Below, piece after piece: positions 37,771 through 51,500 of a stretch of 64,000 nt of DNA. The position numbers and the translations under genes are program-made. This DNA is from Chiloscyllium plagiosum (lineage: Eukaryota), in assembly GCF_004010195.1 (NCBI RefSeq), contig NC_057755.1, positions 9,465,306 to 9,529,305 of the forward strand, given 5' to 3'. Each line of letters begins with the position of its first letter. The stretch's first letter is position 1. The notes beneath the pieces were generated by a model. The model ran no database searches, was not told where the DNA came from, and saw nothing but the letters and a program-made list of their open reading frames with translations.

Positions 37771-38716
37771 AAACAAATCCATCCATCTCTACCACAAAAA
37801 TCGTCATCGAGGCTTCTAAACACTTAACTATGCCATCACAAATTAAAAGCTGTTTACTTTCTTCCTGTTGAGCTTCAGAAATTTGTTAGTGATGCTCATG
37901 CACTGCATTATCATCTATTGGCAGTACATTGGCATTGTACTGCTGCTTTTGGAATTTAGATTCATTGCTAAACTTTTTTTCTGAAACTTACCACGAGAGT
38001 CCATTCTCCAAACACTTCCCTCTTTCTGATCTCTGATAAAATTACACAAACATACGAAATATCTCATGTACAGTGAATACAACTGAAAAAAAAACGCAAA
38101 GCCTAAGGAATGGCCTGGTAATTCAACTCAACTCCAGAAATATCAAACAAGAATAAACGGATAACGTCATTCTCATTACAGGTGAATCTCAGAAGCCAAA
38201 GATCAGTGTAGTGCTGAGGAAGTAATGAAAATGGTCAGGAAAGCAATTACCCATCCATATCCGAAAAGTAACATTGATATCTTTCCATTAAATCAGGACG
38301 TAAAGTTTGGAGCAGATCTTCCAACGTTGTAGGAATTACAAATATTCTGCCTCTGTGCACTCTATCTGGTCCTGTTAGGACTTCAGCGGTGAATATAACA
38401 TACTGAACTCATTTTATCAAATCCCAGTCAATGTAATCGAAACTGATCTCGACTGTCTTCAAATGTCAGTCCGATTACATAACGGATCAGATGACTAAAT
38501 CTTTTATGTGCTCAATCGAAGCTACAATATTCTACCTCAGGTAAGGAGACCGAAAGTGCTCATATTAGTCAAGGTGTAACCTCGCCAAGTTAGTACAATT
38601 CGAGAACATTGCTTGTGTTCAGAGACTCACATCCTCTCTCTATGAAGGCCAACATGTCTTTTCGCTTCTTTGCCGCCTGCTACACCTGCAGACATACTTG
38701 CAGTGATGTTAACCAG

Positions 38717-38992
38717 TTAGTGAGTTTTGAGAAGATCAGTTTGAAGTTATGGACGTAGGTTTGCTCGCTGAGCTGGAAGGTTTGTTTTTAGATGTTTCAT
38801 CACCGTACTATGTGACATCATCCGTGAGCCTGTGAACGAAACATTGGTGGCATGGCCTGTTTTCTATGCATGTGTTTAGGTGAACGGGCAAGCCACTAGT
38901 GCTTTATTGGAAGCTCACTGATGATGCTACCTAGTATAGTGATGAAACGTCTGAAAGCGAACTTTCCATTTCAGCGAGCAAACCGACATCCA
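38717..38992. mobile_element. Fold-back mini-element made of two inverted family 3 PLE terminal repeats
   Basis: Inverted arms ~38751-38829 and ~38913-38991. Perfect 12-bp TSD GATGTTAACCAG at 38705-38716 and 38993-39004. Confidence 0.8.
38915..38954 (+). ncRNA. Minimal type I hammerhead ribozyme motif
   Basis: TCA CTGATGA T [GCTAC CTAGTATA GTGAT] GAAAC GTC TGA: full core CUGAUGA/GAAAC/GUC, stem I TCA:TGA, weakened stem II, palindromic ACGU stem III. Confidence 0.6.
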
Positions 38993-39046
38993 GATGTTAA
39001 CCAGCATTTCTTGAAGAATAAATATCATGGATTTTTTCTTATCCAT

Positions 39047-39360
39047 GGGCGGCACGGTTGCACAGTGGTTAGCACTGCTGCCTCCAGGCACCAGAGACCC
39101 AGGTTCAATTCCCGCCTCGGACAACTGTCTGGATGGACTTTGCACATTCTTCCCATGTCTGCGTGGGTTTTCTCCGGGTGCTCTGGTTTCCTCCCACAGT
39201 CCAAAAATGTGCAGATTAGGTGAATTGGCCATGCTAAATTGCCCGTAGTGTTAGGTGAAGGGGAATGGGTCTGGGTGGGTTGCTCTTTGGAGGGTCGGTG
39301 TGGACTTGTTGGGCTGAAAGCCCTGTTTCCACGCTGTAAGTGTTCTAATTCTAATCTAAT
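39047..39360 (+). mobile_element. HE1-type SINE, full length
   Basis: GGGCGGCACGG..GGTTCAATTCCCG..TTCTCCGGGTGCTCTGGTTTCCTCCCACAGTCC..CTAATCTAAT. Confidence 0.88.
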
Positions 39361-41098
39361 AAGAATTATAGAGATACTTTACATCACTTTGGACAGGAGC
39401 ACAAACAAGTATTCTTTGTCATATTTGAATTTATTATTACATTGATTGGTGTGTATTGCCAAATATTATTAAGATATTGCAATAATTTCATTAGAAAGCG
39501 TTTGTGTAAAGTCTGTTTCTGGTCCATATCATATTATATAAACGAGGTGGAAACTTGATTTTTAAACCAACACAACCATTAGAAGTATTTGTTTACAGGG
39601 AGATCTTGTAACACAAAGAAAACATACTAATCATAAAAGGGTGGACATATTGAAAAAATGCAGTCAACATTGGTAAGGATAGTTCGAAATTCAGTGAAAA
39701 TAGTACCTCTGCAAATGAGTAAATGCATTAAAATCACAGTCAAAGGCTGATGATGCGAATGTGAGTTGAAGATATAGTAGAAAAAGGGAATCGATGGTAC
39801 AAAGGAGAAGCAAAATGTTCAAACCAAATCGCCTTTGGAGAGACAGAATAATGATATCATCAACAATATAAATTCAGATTACAACTTTTTACAGAATGGA
39901 CATTTTAATTGTTCTTCTCCGAGATTGGGAAACATGCTTCTTTGAGGATAAATCATATTTGAAAAAGGGAAGATGAATAGAATTGAACAAGTTGTAAATC
40001 GGATAGTGAATGATGACAGACACGCATCTTTGAAAAAGGATTCAGGGCTGAGGAGATTAGAGAATGAAGTCGACTTCAAATAATAGAGGGTCAAGAATCA
40101 TTATTGGCAGTGGTCTACAACTCTTGCCCGACTAACAAGAGCTGATCCAATTATACAGAGAATTAAAAAAAAATTGTAAGCGAGGAACAAAATATAACAA
40201 TTGTGCAGGATGTTAATCACTCCATTTGACTAAACTAATTTCACAATAAAAATCATCGAGCAGAGCAATTTATTGATTTTTTTCCTATTTACAGAATTTA
40301 AATAAATAACGCATTGCAAAATTACCTTCACTATTTCGTAATGACACAGGCTTTATTTGCAATTTGAGAGGAAAAGATCTCCAGAGGGAATTAGCAATAA
40401 AAACACAATTAAATGCCACTTGTGAATAACTGAACAGATGAAGGAGAAGTTGTAGTTCCTTTGACAGTTGTAGTACGCCCCCTCATTCAATAAAGTATTA
40501 GTTGGTCTGTTTCAAGATATTAAACGGTGAAATCACAAAAAAGTTAAGTCAAGTACTACCTTACCGCAGGTAACAGGTTGCAACATGTAAAACTTTAAAT
40601 TAGGCAAACCCACAATGGTAAATGTTACAGAGACTGCTTACACACACAATCATCAATGTACAAAGAACAACCACCATCCCTTTCGGCCAGACACGGCTGA
40701 GGCCAGTTGCCTCCTGATAATGAGTTATGTCAGAAAGACAAACTTCAAATCTGTGTCCTTGAAATAAAAGAAAACCGAAAGTTAGGGTTCAGTGAGATAC
40801 ATCGGACTCAGCAGCATAACCTGGAGTGGGCACATTTTATAAAAAATATATTCATTCATGGGATGAGGCCATCGATGGCTGGGCAGCAATAATTGTCCAT
40901 CCCTAATTGCGCAGAGGGTAGTTAAGAATCAACCACATTGCTGTTGGTTTAGAGTCACATGTAGGCCAGACCAGGTGAAGATGTCAATCACTGCAGAACA
41001 TTAGTAAATATAACTTCAAGTGCGAGCTTGAAAACTATTTGGTACCAATCGATAGATATTCAGTGGAGAGAGAGGATATAGACTAGTGTAACTCTCAG

Positions 41099-44000
41099 GC
41101 AAAAGCCCTTCATCAAGAATACAGGCTGAGAGCCTGAAGGGTTGAGAGATAATTCAGAGGAGGGTGGCGGTGGGGAGAAAGTAGCATAGAGTACAATAGG
41201 TGAGTGCGGGAGTGGATGAAGGTGATAGGTCAGGGAGAGGGTGGAGGTGATAGGTGGAAAAGAAGATAAGCAGGTAGGACAAGTCATGGGGACAGTGATG
41301 AGCTGGAAGTTTGGAACTGGGGTGAGGTGGGGGAAGGGGAATGAGGAAACTATTGAAGTCCACATTGATTTCGCCCCCATCATGGCCGCTCCCATAGCCA
41401 CTTCTGACCCTCACAATTCCTCATGCACCACACGTGACACCACTTCCGCCCTCACAGCATCGCTGATGTCACACGTTCAGTGACGTCTGCCCCCCCACTG
41501 CCGTGTTTGCCACCAAATCAACACCCACCAACGCCACTCACCTGCATTCTGCTGACACGCCCCCCGCATATCCCACAGTCACCGTCCCTGATCCCAGAAC
41601 TATGAGGGGAACACCTCCCCTACTCATGAGCATGCCCCCATTTCCCCACCACCACAGCTACTCCAGTTACAGACTCCGCCCCCACACCCATCTCCATACC
41701 CACACCAGATCCCAGCTCCCAGCCCTGTCGAGTTTTCACCATCCCTCCAGACCTCCCCCTCACTGAGCTCGATCGATCAGTCCTCAGCAAAGGACTCACC
41801 TTCATACCCCTCCGCCCATGCATCAATGAATTTAATACACGCCGTGACGTCGAACACTTCTTCCGCCCCCTCCGCCTCCGAGCTTACTTTCACAATCAGA
41901 ACTCCCTCCCACCTTCCGAGGACCCCTTTGCCCACCTCCAACACACTCCATCTACCTGTACACCCCGTGCTGGCCTATTATCTGCCCTCGACCTCTTCAT
42001 TTCCAAATGCTGCTGGGACATTAACTGCCTCAACCTGTCTTCACCCCTCCCTCGCTCCAACCTCTCACCCTCACAACGCGCAGGCCTCCAATCCCTCTGC
42101 TCCAATTCCGAACTCACCATCAAACCAGCAGATAAAGGGGACGCAGTGGTGGTCTGGCGCACTGACCTCTAGACCGCTGAAGCCAAACACCAACACGAGG
42201 ACACATCTTCCTACAGCCCCTCAACTATGACACCACTCCCATCACCAAACCACCATTTCCTAGACCATACAGAACTTCATCACCTCAGGAGATCTCCCAC
42301 CCACAGCTTCCAACCTCATCGTCCAGGAACCCCGCACTGCCCGGTTCCACATTCTTCCCAAGATCCACGAGCCTAACCACCCTGGCCAACCCATTGTCTC
42401 AGCATGCTCCTGCCCCACTGAACTCATTTCTACCTACCTCGACACTGTCCTCTCCCCCCAGTCCAAGAACTCCCCACAGACGTTCGAGACACCACCCACG
42501 CACTCCACCTCCTCCAAGACTTCCGTTTCCTCAGCCCCCAACACCTCATCTTCACCATGGATATCCAATCACTCTACACCTCCATCCGCCATGACCAGGG
42601 CCTCCAAGCCTTCCGTTTCATCCTCTCCCGACGTCACCAACAGTACCGTTCCACCGACACACTAATTCGTTTGGCCAAACTGGCACTCACCCTTAACAAT
42701 TTCTCCTTCGAATCATCCTACATCCTCCAGACCAAATGGGTAGCCATGGGCATCCGTAGGGGCCCCAACTATGCCTGTCTCTTTGTTGGCTACGTAGAAC
42801 AGTCCATCTCCTGTAATTACACCGGCACCACTCCACACCTCTTCTTCCGCTACATTGATGACGGCATTGGCGCCACCTCATGTTCCCACGAGGAGGTTGA
42901 GCAATTCATCAACTTCACCAACACATTCCACCCACCTTAAATTTACCTGCACAATCTCTGATACCTCCCTCCACTTCCTGTACCTTTCCATCTCCATTAA
43001 TGACGACCGACTTGACACCGACATTTTATAAAAACCCACCGACTCCCACATCTACCTCCTGCAAAAATGCCACCCCGTATTCCCAATTCCTCCGCCTTCT
43101 CTGTATCTGCTCCCAGGAGGGCCAGTTCCAACACAAAACACACCAAATGGCCTCGTTCTTTAGAGACAGCAATTTCCCTTCCCACGTGGTTAAAGATGCG
43201 CTCCAACGCATCTCGTCTACATCCCCCCACCTCTGCCCTCAGACTCCACCCCTCCAACCGTAACAAGGACAGAACGCCCCTGGTGCTCACCTTCTACCCT
43301 AACAACCTTCGCATAAACCAAATCATCCGCCGACATTTCCGCCACCTCCAAACGGACCCGACCACCAGGGATATATTTTCCTCCCCACCCCTTTCCGCCT
43401 ACCGCAAAGACCGTTCCCTCCGTGGCTACCTGGTCAAATCCACGCCCCCTACAACCCATCCTCCCATCCTGGCACCTTCCCCTGCCACCGCAGGAATTGC
43501 AGAACCTGCGCCCACACCACCTCCATCACCTCCATCCAAAGCTCTAAAGGAGCCTTCCACATCTATCAAAGCTTTAACTGCACATCCACCAATATCATTT
43601 ATTGTATCCAGTGCTCCCGATGCGATCTCCTCTATACTGGGGAGACTGGGCGCTTCCCAGCAGAGCGCTTTAGGGAACATCTCTATGACACCCGCACCAA
43701 TCAACCACACCGCCTTGTTGCCCAACATTTCAACTCCCCCTCCCACTCTGCCGAGAACATGGAGGTCCTGGGTTTCCTTCACCGCCGCTCCCTCACCACC
43801 CGATGCCTGGAGTAAGAACGCCTCATCTTCCGCCTCAGAACACTTCGACCATAGGGCATCAATGTGGACTGCAACAGTTTCCTCATTTCCCCATCCCCCA
43901 CCTCACCCCAGTTCCAAGCTTCCAGCTCAGCACTGTCCCCATGACTTGTCCTACCTGCCTATCTTCTTTTCCACCTATCCAATCCATCCTCCCCCGACCT

Positions 44001-44237
44001 ATCACCTTCATCCCCTCCCCCACTCACCTATTGTACTTTATGCTACTTTCCCCCCACCCCCACCCTCCTCTCATTTATCTCTCCACCCTTCAGGCTCTCA
44101 GCCTGTATTCCTAATGAAGGGCTTTTGCTCGAAACGTCTATTTTACTGCACCTCAGATGCTGCCTGAGCTGCTGTGCGTTTCCAGAACCACTCTAATCTA
44201 GACTCTGGTTTCCAGCATCTGCAGTCATTGTTTTTAC
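41099..44237 (+). mobile_element. Penelope-like element (family 1, Neptune-like) with an inverted pseudo-LTR at the 5' end
   Basis: RT MDIQSLYTSI..FFRYIDD, Cys-rich linker CHRRNCRTCAH, and GIY-YIG IIYCIQCSRCDLLYTGETG. 41099-41368 is the reverse complement of ~43858-44128. TSD CTAGTGTAACTCTCAG (41083-41098) / CTAATATAACTCTCAG (44238-44253). Frameshifted. Confidence 0.9.
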
Positions 44238-46599
44238 CTAATATAACTCTCAGTCAAGCATCCTGAGATCAGGCGTCAGGTTTCCACTTTTTGGCCAATC
44301 AGGCCGCTTGGTGGACAATAACCTGGATAAATGTCAGACGATGCACTTGGGCTGGAAAAATAAGGCAAGGGAATATCCTTGGAAGTACAATGGATCTGAG
44401 AGAACTTGGTGATTGCGTATGTTTAGTCTCTTCATGTAGCAGGGCAGATCGGTGAAATGTTTAAGCATGTATATGGCATACTTGCCTTCATTAATAAAGT
44501 GATACATTTTAAGAGTAGGAAGATTATGCTGGAAATATATAAAATATTAGTTAGGGCACAGCTAGAGTATTGTGTACAATTCCGCAGTCCACGTGAAACT
44601 TCACCTCCAAGTCTCTCAACATACCGACGTCGAAATATGTCACAGTTTTCTCATTGTGTTTGATTCAGTCATCTTGAATTCCCCGTCAAAGGACTTCTTA
44701 GGTCTAACTGCAATATATGGACTGCAGCAGTTCAAGACTTCACCTGATGAAGGGGCATTGTTCAAATAGTTTGTGATTTCAAATAAATCTTTTGATCTAT
44801 ATTCTGTTGTGTGTGACTTTTAACCTTCAAGACAACAGCTTATCACCACTTTGTCAAGATGGGATGTGGGGGATGGTGTAATACAGACAGGTTGGTCAGT
44901 CAGTGATACCGATGTCACACAAAGAGAATAACAACAATCTATGTTCATTCGTTTAAAAGAATAAGTTAGCAAATAACACCAGCAAACCATAAAATGCCGG
45001 GATTTTTAAATGTCTCTTTACAAAATAGGTTTGCAAGGTAATTATCAGAAATTGAGGTCTGCTTGCACGATAGCAAAAGTGAATTAATTTGTGAAACAAC
45101 GTCAGCAAGTTTTCAAATGAGAGACCATGAACAGACACTTTCGAAGGTTTTAACTTCCAATGTGCAAAACGAAATGCCATCTGCCAAAATAGTAAAAGCG
45201 ATTTGGGAATGAAGTCATCGGATAAACTCAGTGTTGTTCTGGGTAATACGTTCAGAATTTTGCAAGAAGCATTGCTGGGTTTTCAGTTATAGTTTACTAA
45301 GTTGATCAATCGGATGAAGAAGCAGACATTAATAATGCTTGCCGACAATGGAAAAGAAATAAAATGACGGGCAAGGTAAAAAGCATCTTAAACAAGATAA
45401 CGAAATGAAGTTATAATGTCACACAGAGAACTGTGTGGGGAAGGGAAATGTTACCTATTATAAAGTGTTGGTGATACTGGAGAGATCTAAGACTATATGG
45501 GGAGAGACAGCAAATTTTAATGTTAATCTCCAACGTGACTCCTCTTTGGAATGTAACAGAGAAGTGGAAATGAACAGATTTCCCAGTGTATTGCTTTTGT
45601 TGTGGGGTCATTCACTTTGATAATGTGAATACGAAGCCACAATAGCTTTCATAAAACATGCAACTTGTCAATGTTGTTGTTCAGCGGATCTTGTGCGTAC
45701 TTACATATTGATGCAGAATATTTGGATGCATATACAATAGACAAATTGGCAAACAAAAGATTTTTAAATCATATTACAAATGGATCAGAATAAAACAGAT
45801 GCAAAATTGAAGCAGTTCCTGGTGTTCATTTGAAAACCTACTTATCTGAACAATGTACACCTTTGCATGTAGGTAGAATCCAATTGCCCTGGTAATGAAT
45901 GATCCAAAAGTTGCTATGTGGTTAAGAGCGCTGTTTCAGAAGGAATTGGAACAATCTGTCTGAACTTCAGGATAATGAGAATTCGAAGCACAATTTTGAA
46001 GAGTTATGATATTAGAAGCACTGTTCTTCCGCCTTGTTACAGATTCTAGAATACATGGAGGTCATTTCAAAGTAAAGGACTGCCGTTTGGAAGTGAGACA
46101 AAGACACATTTCTGCCTTCAAATGTTCTGAACCTTCAAATTGTCTATCTTGGGGAGCTATGTGTGATGTATACTTATTAACAAGGTGAGGAAAAGGCAGA
46201 AATGATCGACTTCGATGTCGTAGACTGATGCACATCCTTCTTGCTCTTATTCTTTAAGGTCCGAGATGACTATTACCCCATTCATTGGGCTAAGATCGGT
46301 AACTCGAGTAGCTTCGCGTTTTATTTTGTATAATCAGCTCCATGTCTGTTCACATTGATGCTGTTTTTGATCTAGCCTTTCTTTTCTAATTAAGTTAGAA
46401 GACTTTGAAAGTTGACAAGGAAAACTTTCACGGGCATTTCAAACATGAATGCCTCCTTTTGCTGCTTTTGCTTCTGCTTACATACACAATACCCTTTAAT
46501 TTCGAAGTTTTCAAATACCATAAACTTTAGGGAGAATGAAGAATTGAAAAAGGAGCGAAACATCTTGATGAAGTGAGCAGAAGAAAACAACGGATTAAG

Positions 46600-46945
46600 T
46601 TTGATATGATTTGATTTGTTCTTCTCACATGGTAATTGGACACAGTGAAAATGCAGTTTATTCTGCACTATAGGCACATCATACGATACAATGTGCATCA
46701 GGATAGCATATGGGAATACAGAATGGAGTGTTCCAGCTGCGAAATGCTGCACCGAGAGTGATAGAGAGAAAGAAAACAATAACTTTTTAGAGGTCTGTTC
46801 AAAAGTCTAAAAACAATATGAAATAAGTTATTTTTGAATCTGTTCATGGGTGCATTCAAACCTTTAGATCTTCTGCCTAATAGAAGAGTGGGGAACATCG
46901 TGTGAACAGTGGGGGAGGAGTCTGCGGTATTGGGTGAAAGTAGAG
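46600..46945 (-). mobile_element. Rex1/Babar-like 3' end fragment
   Basis: LLLGRRSKGLNAPMNRFKNNLF..RLLN, ending in an (AAATC)n-like tail near 46605-46618. Confidence 0.6.
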
Positions 46946-47151
46946 ATGTGTGAGTTGGCATACTTTCGCGCAAACAGATGGAGACACCATGTATAATAAT
47001 GGCATCTGTTGGAAAGGAAATGCAGAAACAAAAAAAATGGGCGTGCATGTGAATAATTCATTAAATGTAATAGAGCATTAACGGAGATAACTGAAATAAC
47101 AGCAAACAGATTATAAATAACTAACCAAAGATGCTAGTTATACCTTCCAGG

Positions 47152-48510
47152 AGAATCTGGATTAGTGGTGCTGGAAGAGCACAACAGTTCAGGCAGCATC
47201 CAAGGAGCTTTGAAATCGATGTTTCGGGCAAAAGCCCTTCATCAGGAATAAAGGCAGTGAGCCTGAAGCGTGAAGAGACAAGCTAGGGGAGGGTGGGGTT
47301 GGGGGGAGAGTAGCAGAGAGTGCAATGGGTAAGTGGGGGAGGAGATGAAGGTGATAGGTTAGGGAGGAGAGGGTGGAGTGGATAGGTGGAAAAGGTGCTA
47401 GGCAGGTCGGACAAGTCCGGACAAGTCATGGGGACAGTGCTGAGCTGGAAGTTTGAAACTAGGATGAGGTGGGGGAAGGGGAAATGAGGAAGCTGTTGAA
47501 GTCCACATTGATGCCCTTGGGTTGAAGTGTTCCGAGGCGGAAGATGAGGCGTTCTTCCTCCAGGCGTCTGGTGGTGAGGGAGCGGCGGTGAAGGAGGCCC
47601 AGGACCTCCATGTCCTCGGCAGAGTGGGAGGGGGTTTGAAATGTTGGGCCACGGGGCGGTGTGGTTGATTGGTGCGGGTGTCTCAGAGATGTTCCCTAAA
47701 GCGGTCTGCTAGGAGGTGCCCTGTCTCCCCAATGTAGAGGAGACCGTATTGGGAGCAACGTATACAATAAATGATATTAGTGGATGTGCAAGTAAACCTT
47801 TGATGGATGTGGAAGGCTCCTTTAGGGCCTTGGATAGAGGGAGGAGGTGTGGGCGCAGGTTTTACAGTTCCTGCTGTGGCAAGGGAAAGTGCCAGGATGG
47901 GAGGGTGGGTTGTAGGGTGGCGTGGACCTGACTAGGTTGTCACGGAGGGAACGGTCTTTGTGGAAGGCGGAAAGGGGTGGGGAGCGAAATATATCCCTGA
48001 TGGTGGGGTTTGTTTGGAAGTGGCGGAAGTGTCGGCGGATGATTTGGTTTATGCAAAGGTTGGTAGGGTGGAAGGTGAGCACCAGGGGCGTTGTGTCCTT
48101 GTTACGGTTGGACGGGCGGGGTCTGAGGGCGGAGGTGCGGGATGTAGACGAGATGCGTTGGAGGGCATCTTTAACCACGTGGGAAGGGAAATTACGGTCT
48201 CTAAAGAAGGAGGCCATCTGGTGTGTTCTGTGGTGGAACTTGTCCTCCTGGGAGCAGATCCGGCGGAGGCGGAGGAATTTTGAATACGGGATGGCATTTT
48301 TGCAAGAGGTAGGGTGGGAAGAGGTGTAAACCAGGTAGCTGTGGGAGTCGGTGGGTTTGTAAAAAATGTCGGTGTCAAGTCGGTCGTCATTAATGGAGAT
48401 GGAGAAGTCCAGGAAGGTGAGGAAGGTGTCAGAGATGGTCCAGGTAAATTTAAGGTCAGGGTGGAATGTGTTGGTGAAGTTGATGAATTGCTCAACTTCC
48501 TCGGGGGAGC
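47152..48510 (-). mobile_element. Penelope-like (family 1) 3' half
   Basis: MASFFRDRNFPSHVVKDALQRISS..CHSRNCKTCAH; highly similar to ~42890-44200. Confidence 0.9.
47213..47250 (-). ncRNA. Minimal type I hammerhead ribozyme motif
   Basis: Reverse complement TATTC CTGATGA A GGGC TTTT GCCC GAAAC ATC GATTT: intact core and a perfect 4-bp GC stem II. One change from the GAAACGTC seen in sister copies. Confidence 0.65.
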
Positions 48511-51500
48511 AGGAGTATCACTGACTGTTCGGAACACACACTCTTCCAGAGACGGGAATGCCATGGGAATAGTGCAGAAGTGATTTACAAGCGAGCCTCA
48601 AGAGAGTGGAAACATCAGTACAAGAATAAACAAAAGAGTTTTCCTAACTGCGAAAAAAACTAAGAGGACATGCATTAGAGATTTTCAAAACGTGATGAAT
48701 TTTGCCAGATTAGATGGGGACAAGTTATACCCATTCTAACATGGATCGACACCTGGGAGGGCTGTGGGGTCACATGGAGATAAAGAGAAGAAGTGAGGAA
48801 AGAAAGGAGCAAGGACTGTTTCCACGTTATGGTTAGTTAGGGAATAGAAAGCTTTTCCTGGGTGTGGTTGAGGCAGCTTCGGTTGAGGCATTGAAGAGGG
48901 CATGAGATGATTATTCGAATGCTAGCAGTGTCCAGTTTTAAAGGGATATAGCTAGAGATTGGAAGTAGAACAACATGATCAGAATCAGGATAAGTATTAT
49001 ATGGTACATTTCAGTCCAATGAATGTTGGAAGACAGTGATAAGTATCGCGTAAAAAACTTAAAGAGGTGAACGTGTAAAGAGACCTGCATGCATATGTTC
49101 ATGAATCGTTGAAGGTGGTCGGACAGGTAGAGAAATCTCTTACAAACGCAGGCAATATATAAGTTTCATTAACTGGGGGAGAGATTACAAGAGCTGAGTT
49201 TATTTTGGACTTCCATAACGTTTTTGTGAGATCTCAGCGAACGAACAGTTTCCAGATTTTTACTCCATTCAGGAAGCTTGTGAAGACATTACAGTAAGTG
49301 CACAGTAGGTTTAGAACAATGGCATAAAGATAAACCATTCTGATCAGGGCATTGATTGGAGACATTGGAGCTGTTTCGTTTGGAGAGGAGAAGTCTAAGT
49401 GGAGACATGATTAAAATGAAGGTCGGCTTTGATAGTGCAGACAGGGAGAAGTTGTTCCGCTCACACGAAAGAAAAAGTACCAAGGAAATGGTTGTATGTA
49501 TTTACTAAAAGAAGTAAACATATGGTGAAAAAAAAATCAGGTAAAGTATAGAAATTCAAGGGTTATATGACAAATATCATATCAGCCAAGATGGTAATTA
49601 ATACTGGAGTCTGCTTGAGAGGCTAAATGCCCTACTCCTGATCTTATTTTTTATGGTCTTGTAGTCTTCTGGATTTTTGAGATAATCCGAGGCCTTCTCT
49701 GGCAGTATTGTGGAGGAGCTTTCAATTGGCATATTCACTAAGGCATGAAATAATTTGGTAAATGGTTTTAGGTAGGAAATTGGCGTGATACCATAATGCT
49801 GAGAGAACTGGTTGAGTCACATTGGACTGAATAAACTTCCTGTGCACTGTTAAAGTTCAAACGCATTTTGACAATCACGAGATTTTACTTTTCAGGTGCT
49901 TTGATCTTTACACAAACAGGTGCAGAAAATAATTCACAGGGCTAATGAGATTCTGGCTTTTTTGTTGAGGGGGTGGGACATGAGAATGCAGAAGTTATGC
50001 TGTACTTAGACAAAACCCTGTTTGGACCTCGCACGGAAACTGTGAGCAGATGTAGGCAAGACATCTTAGGAAGGATAACTTGGCTTTTTGAGGGAGTACA
50101 ACGTGATTAAGAAAAATGTTGTCTTGACATCAAAGTAAAGTTATGAGAATAGAATATGTACATTAGGCTTTTTTTTTCCAAGAAATTTGAAGCAAAAACA
50201 GTAATCTGCTTGAGGTTTTCATGATTTTCGCTTGAAATGCTCAAGATATCAAAAGGAAAATATAAGTATACAAAAATGAACTGCTTCTAATTTTGGAAAT
50301 TTTTAAACTAAACGGTAACATTTCAGTTTGTACATAACTGTTCAGGAGGGATAGGAAGACGCGCTTCTATACTCAAAGGGTGAGAGTGCTTTTAATTCTC
50401 TTTTGCAAATGGCAATAGATGCTGGATCATTTCTTAACATTAAATATAAGACTATTTTTATTTTTGTTTAGCAATTGTATTCGTAGAAATGAACAGAAAG
50501 CGGGTATATGGAATGAGACGACAGACCAGCTATAATTTACTTGAAATACAGAGCAGGCTCAAGGGGCAGAATGGCCTCCCCGTCCTCCAAATCTCCTATG
50601 CTTCTGGCATTACCAGTCTCAACTTTGTCTTCCATACACTATTTGTGGAACCCCAATGTCGCATCACAGAAGTCTATGTTCCTTTTACATTGGTGCCGAT
50701 CTATTATTACCACTCCAATTTAAGTCGAATGATCACCCTTCATTGACCGAAATTGCAAAACCGATGTCCCATCAGATTTGGAAGCCTGAACTCACTGTAT
50801 TGCTGTAAATGTTCAACTATTACTCCTGCTATCGTGCACTTTCAATAAAACTGATCCTATTTTGGTTCCTCATGGAACCCACTGTCATACAGACGATATA
50901 ATTATGGTCTTGTACAATAAAAAACAATAGTTATAGACACTTCGTTGTGCATCATTAGGGAACATCAGATATGTCTAATGCCTCTAGTCAGATATATTAT
51001 TCCAAACCTCTGGAGCACGTGCGTCTTAGACCCAGGCCCAGAAGTAGGAATACTGCCGATTCACCACAAGAGCCTGAAAGCAGTTTCGTTTGATGATCCA
51101 CATATTTGAGGATCCAGATTTGTTGAGTCATAAACGATCACCTTACTCATCAAACTCTGTGACATAGCATATTGTATATAACCTTGTATGCCCAGGTAGC
51201 ATCACTCATGCTCCATAAATTCATTAAGAACAACTCTGAAGGCAATTTGTACCCTAGAATGAAATAATATTGTAGATTGATGATGGGAGCTTTAATTTAG
51301 TGGGTATGGCCAGGAACAAAATCGTTTAATAAGCAATGAGAAATTTCTAATGTACATATGTAAAATAAACATCTTGATCGCCAAGATTGAAACTCAGTTC
51401 AAAATAGATTTGAAATGAAAATCGAGTCTGCTCGAGATGGGCGATCATCCACGGAAAGGAACCAAGCTCTTATTTATTTCCAATATCTATGATTAAAGGG

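Noticed and set aside
38182..38225. Acceptor followed by GESQKPKISVVLRK, resembling an Ig constant-domain start
   Set aside because: A stop follows immediately and no Ig Cys/Trp pattern appears.
43067..44167. 366-aa Pro/Ser-rich ORF as a host gene
   Set aside because: It is a frameshift mosaic of alternative frames of the C-rich PLE; the same text recurs in other PLE copies.
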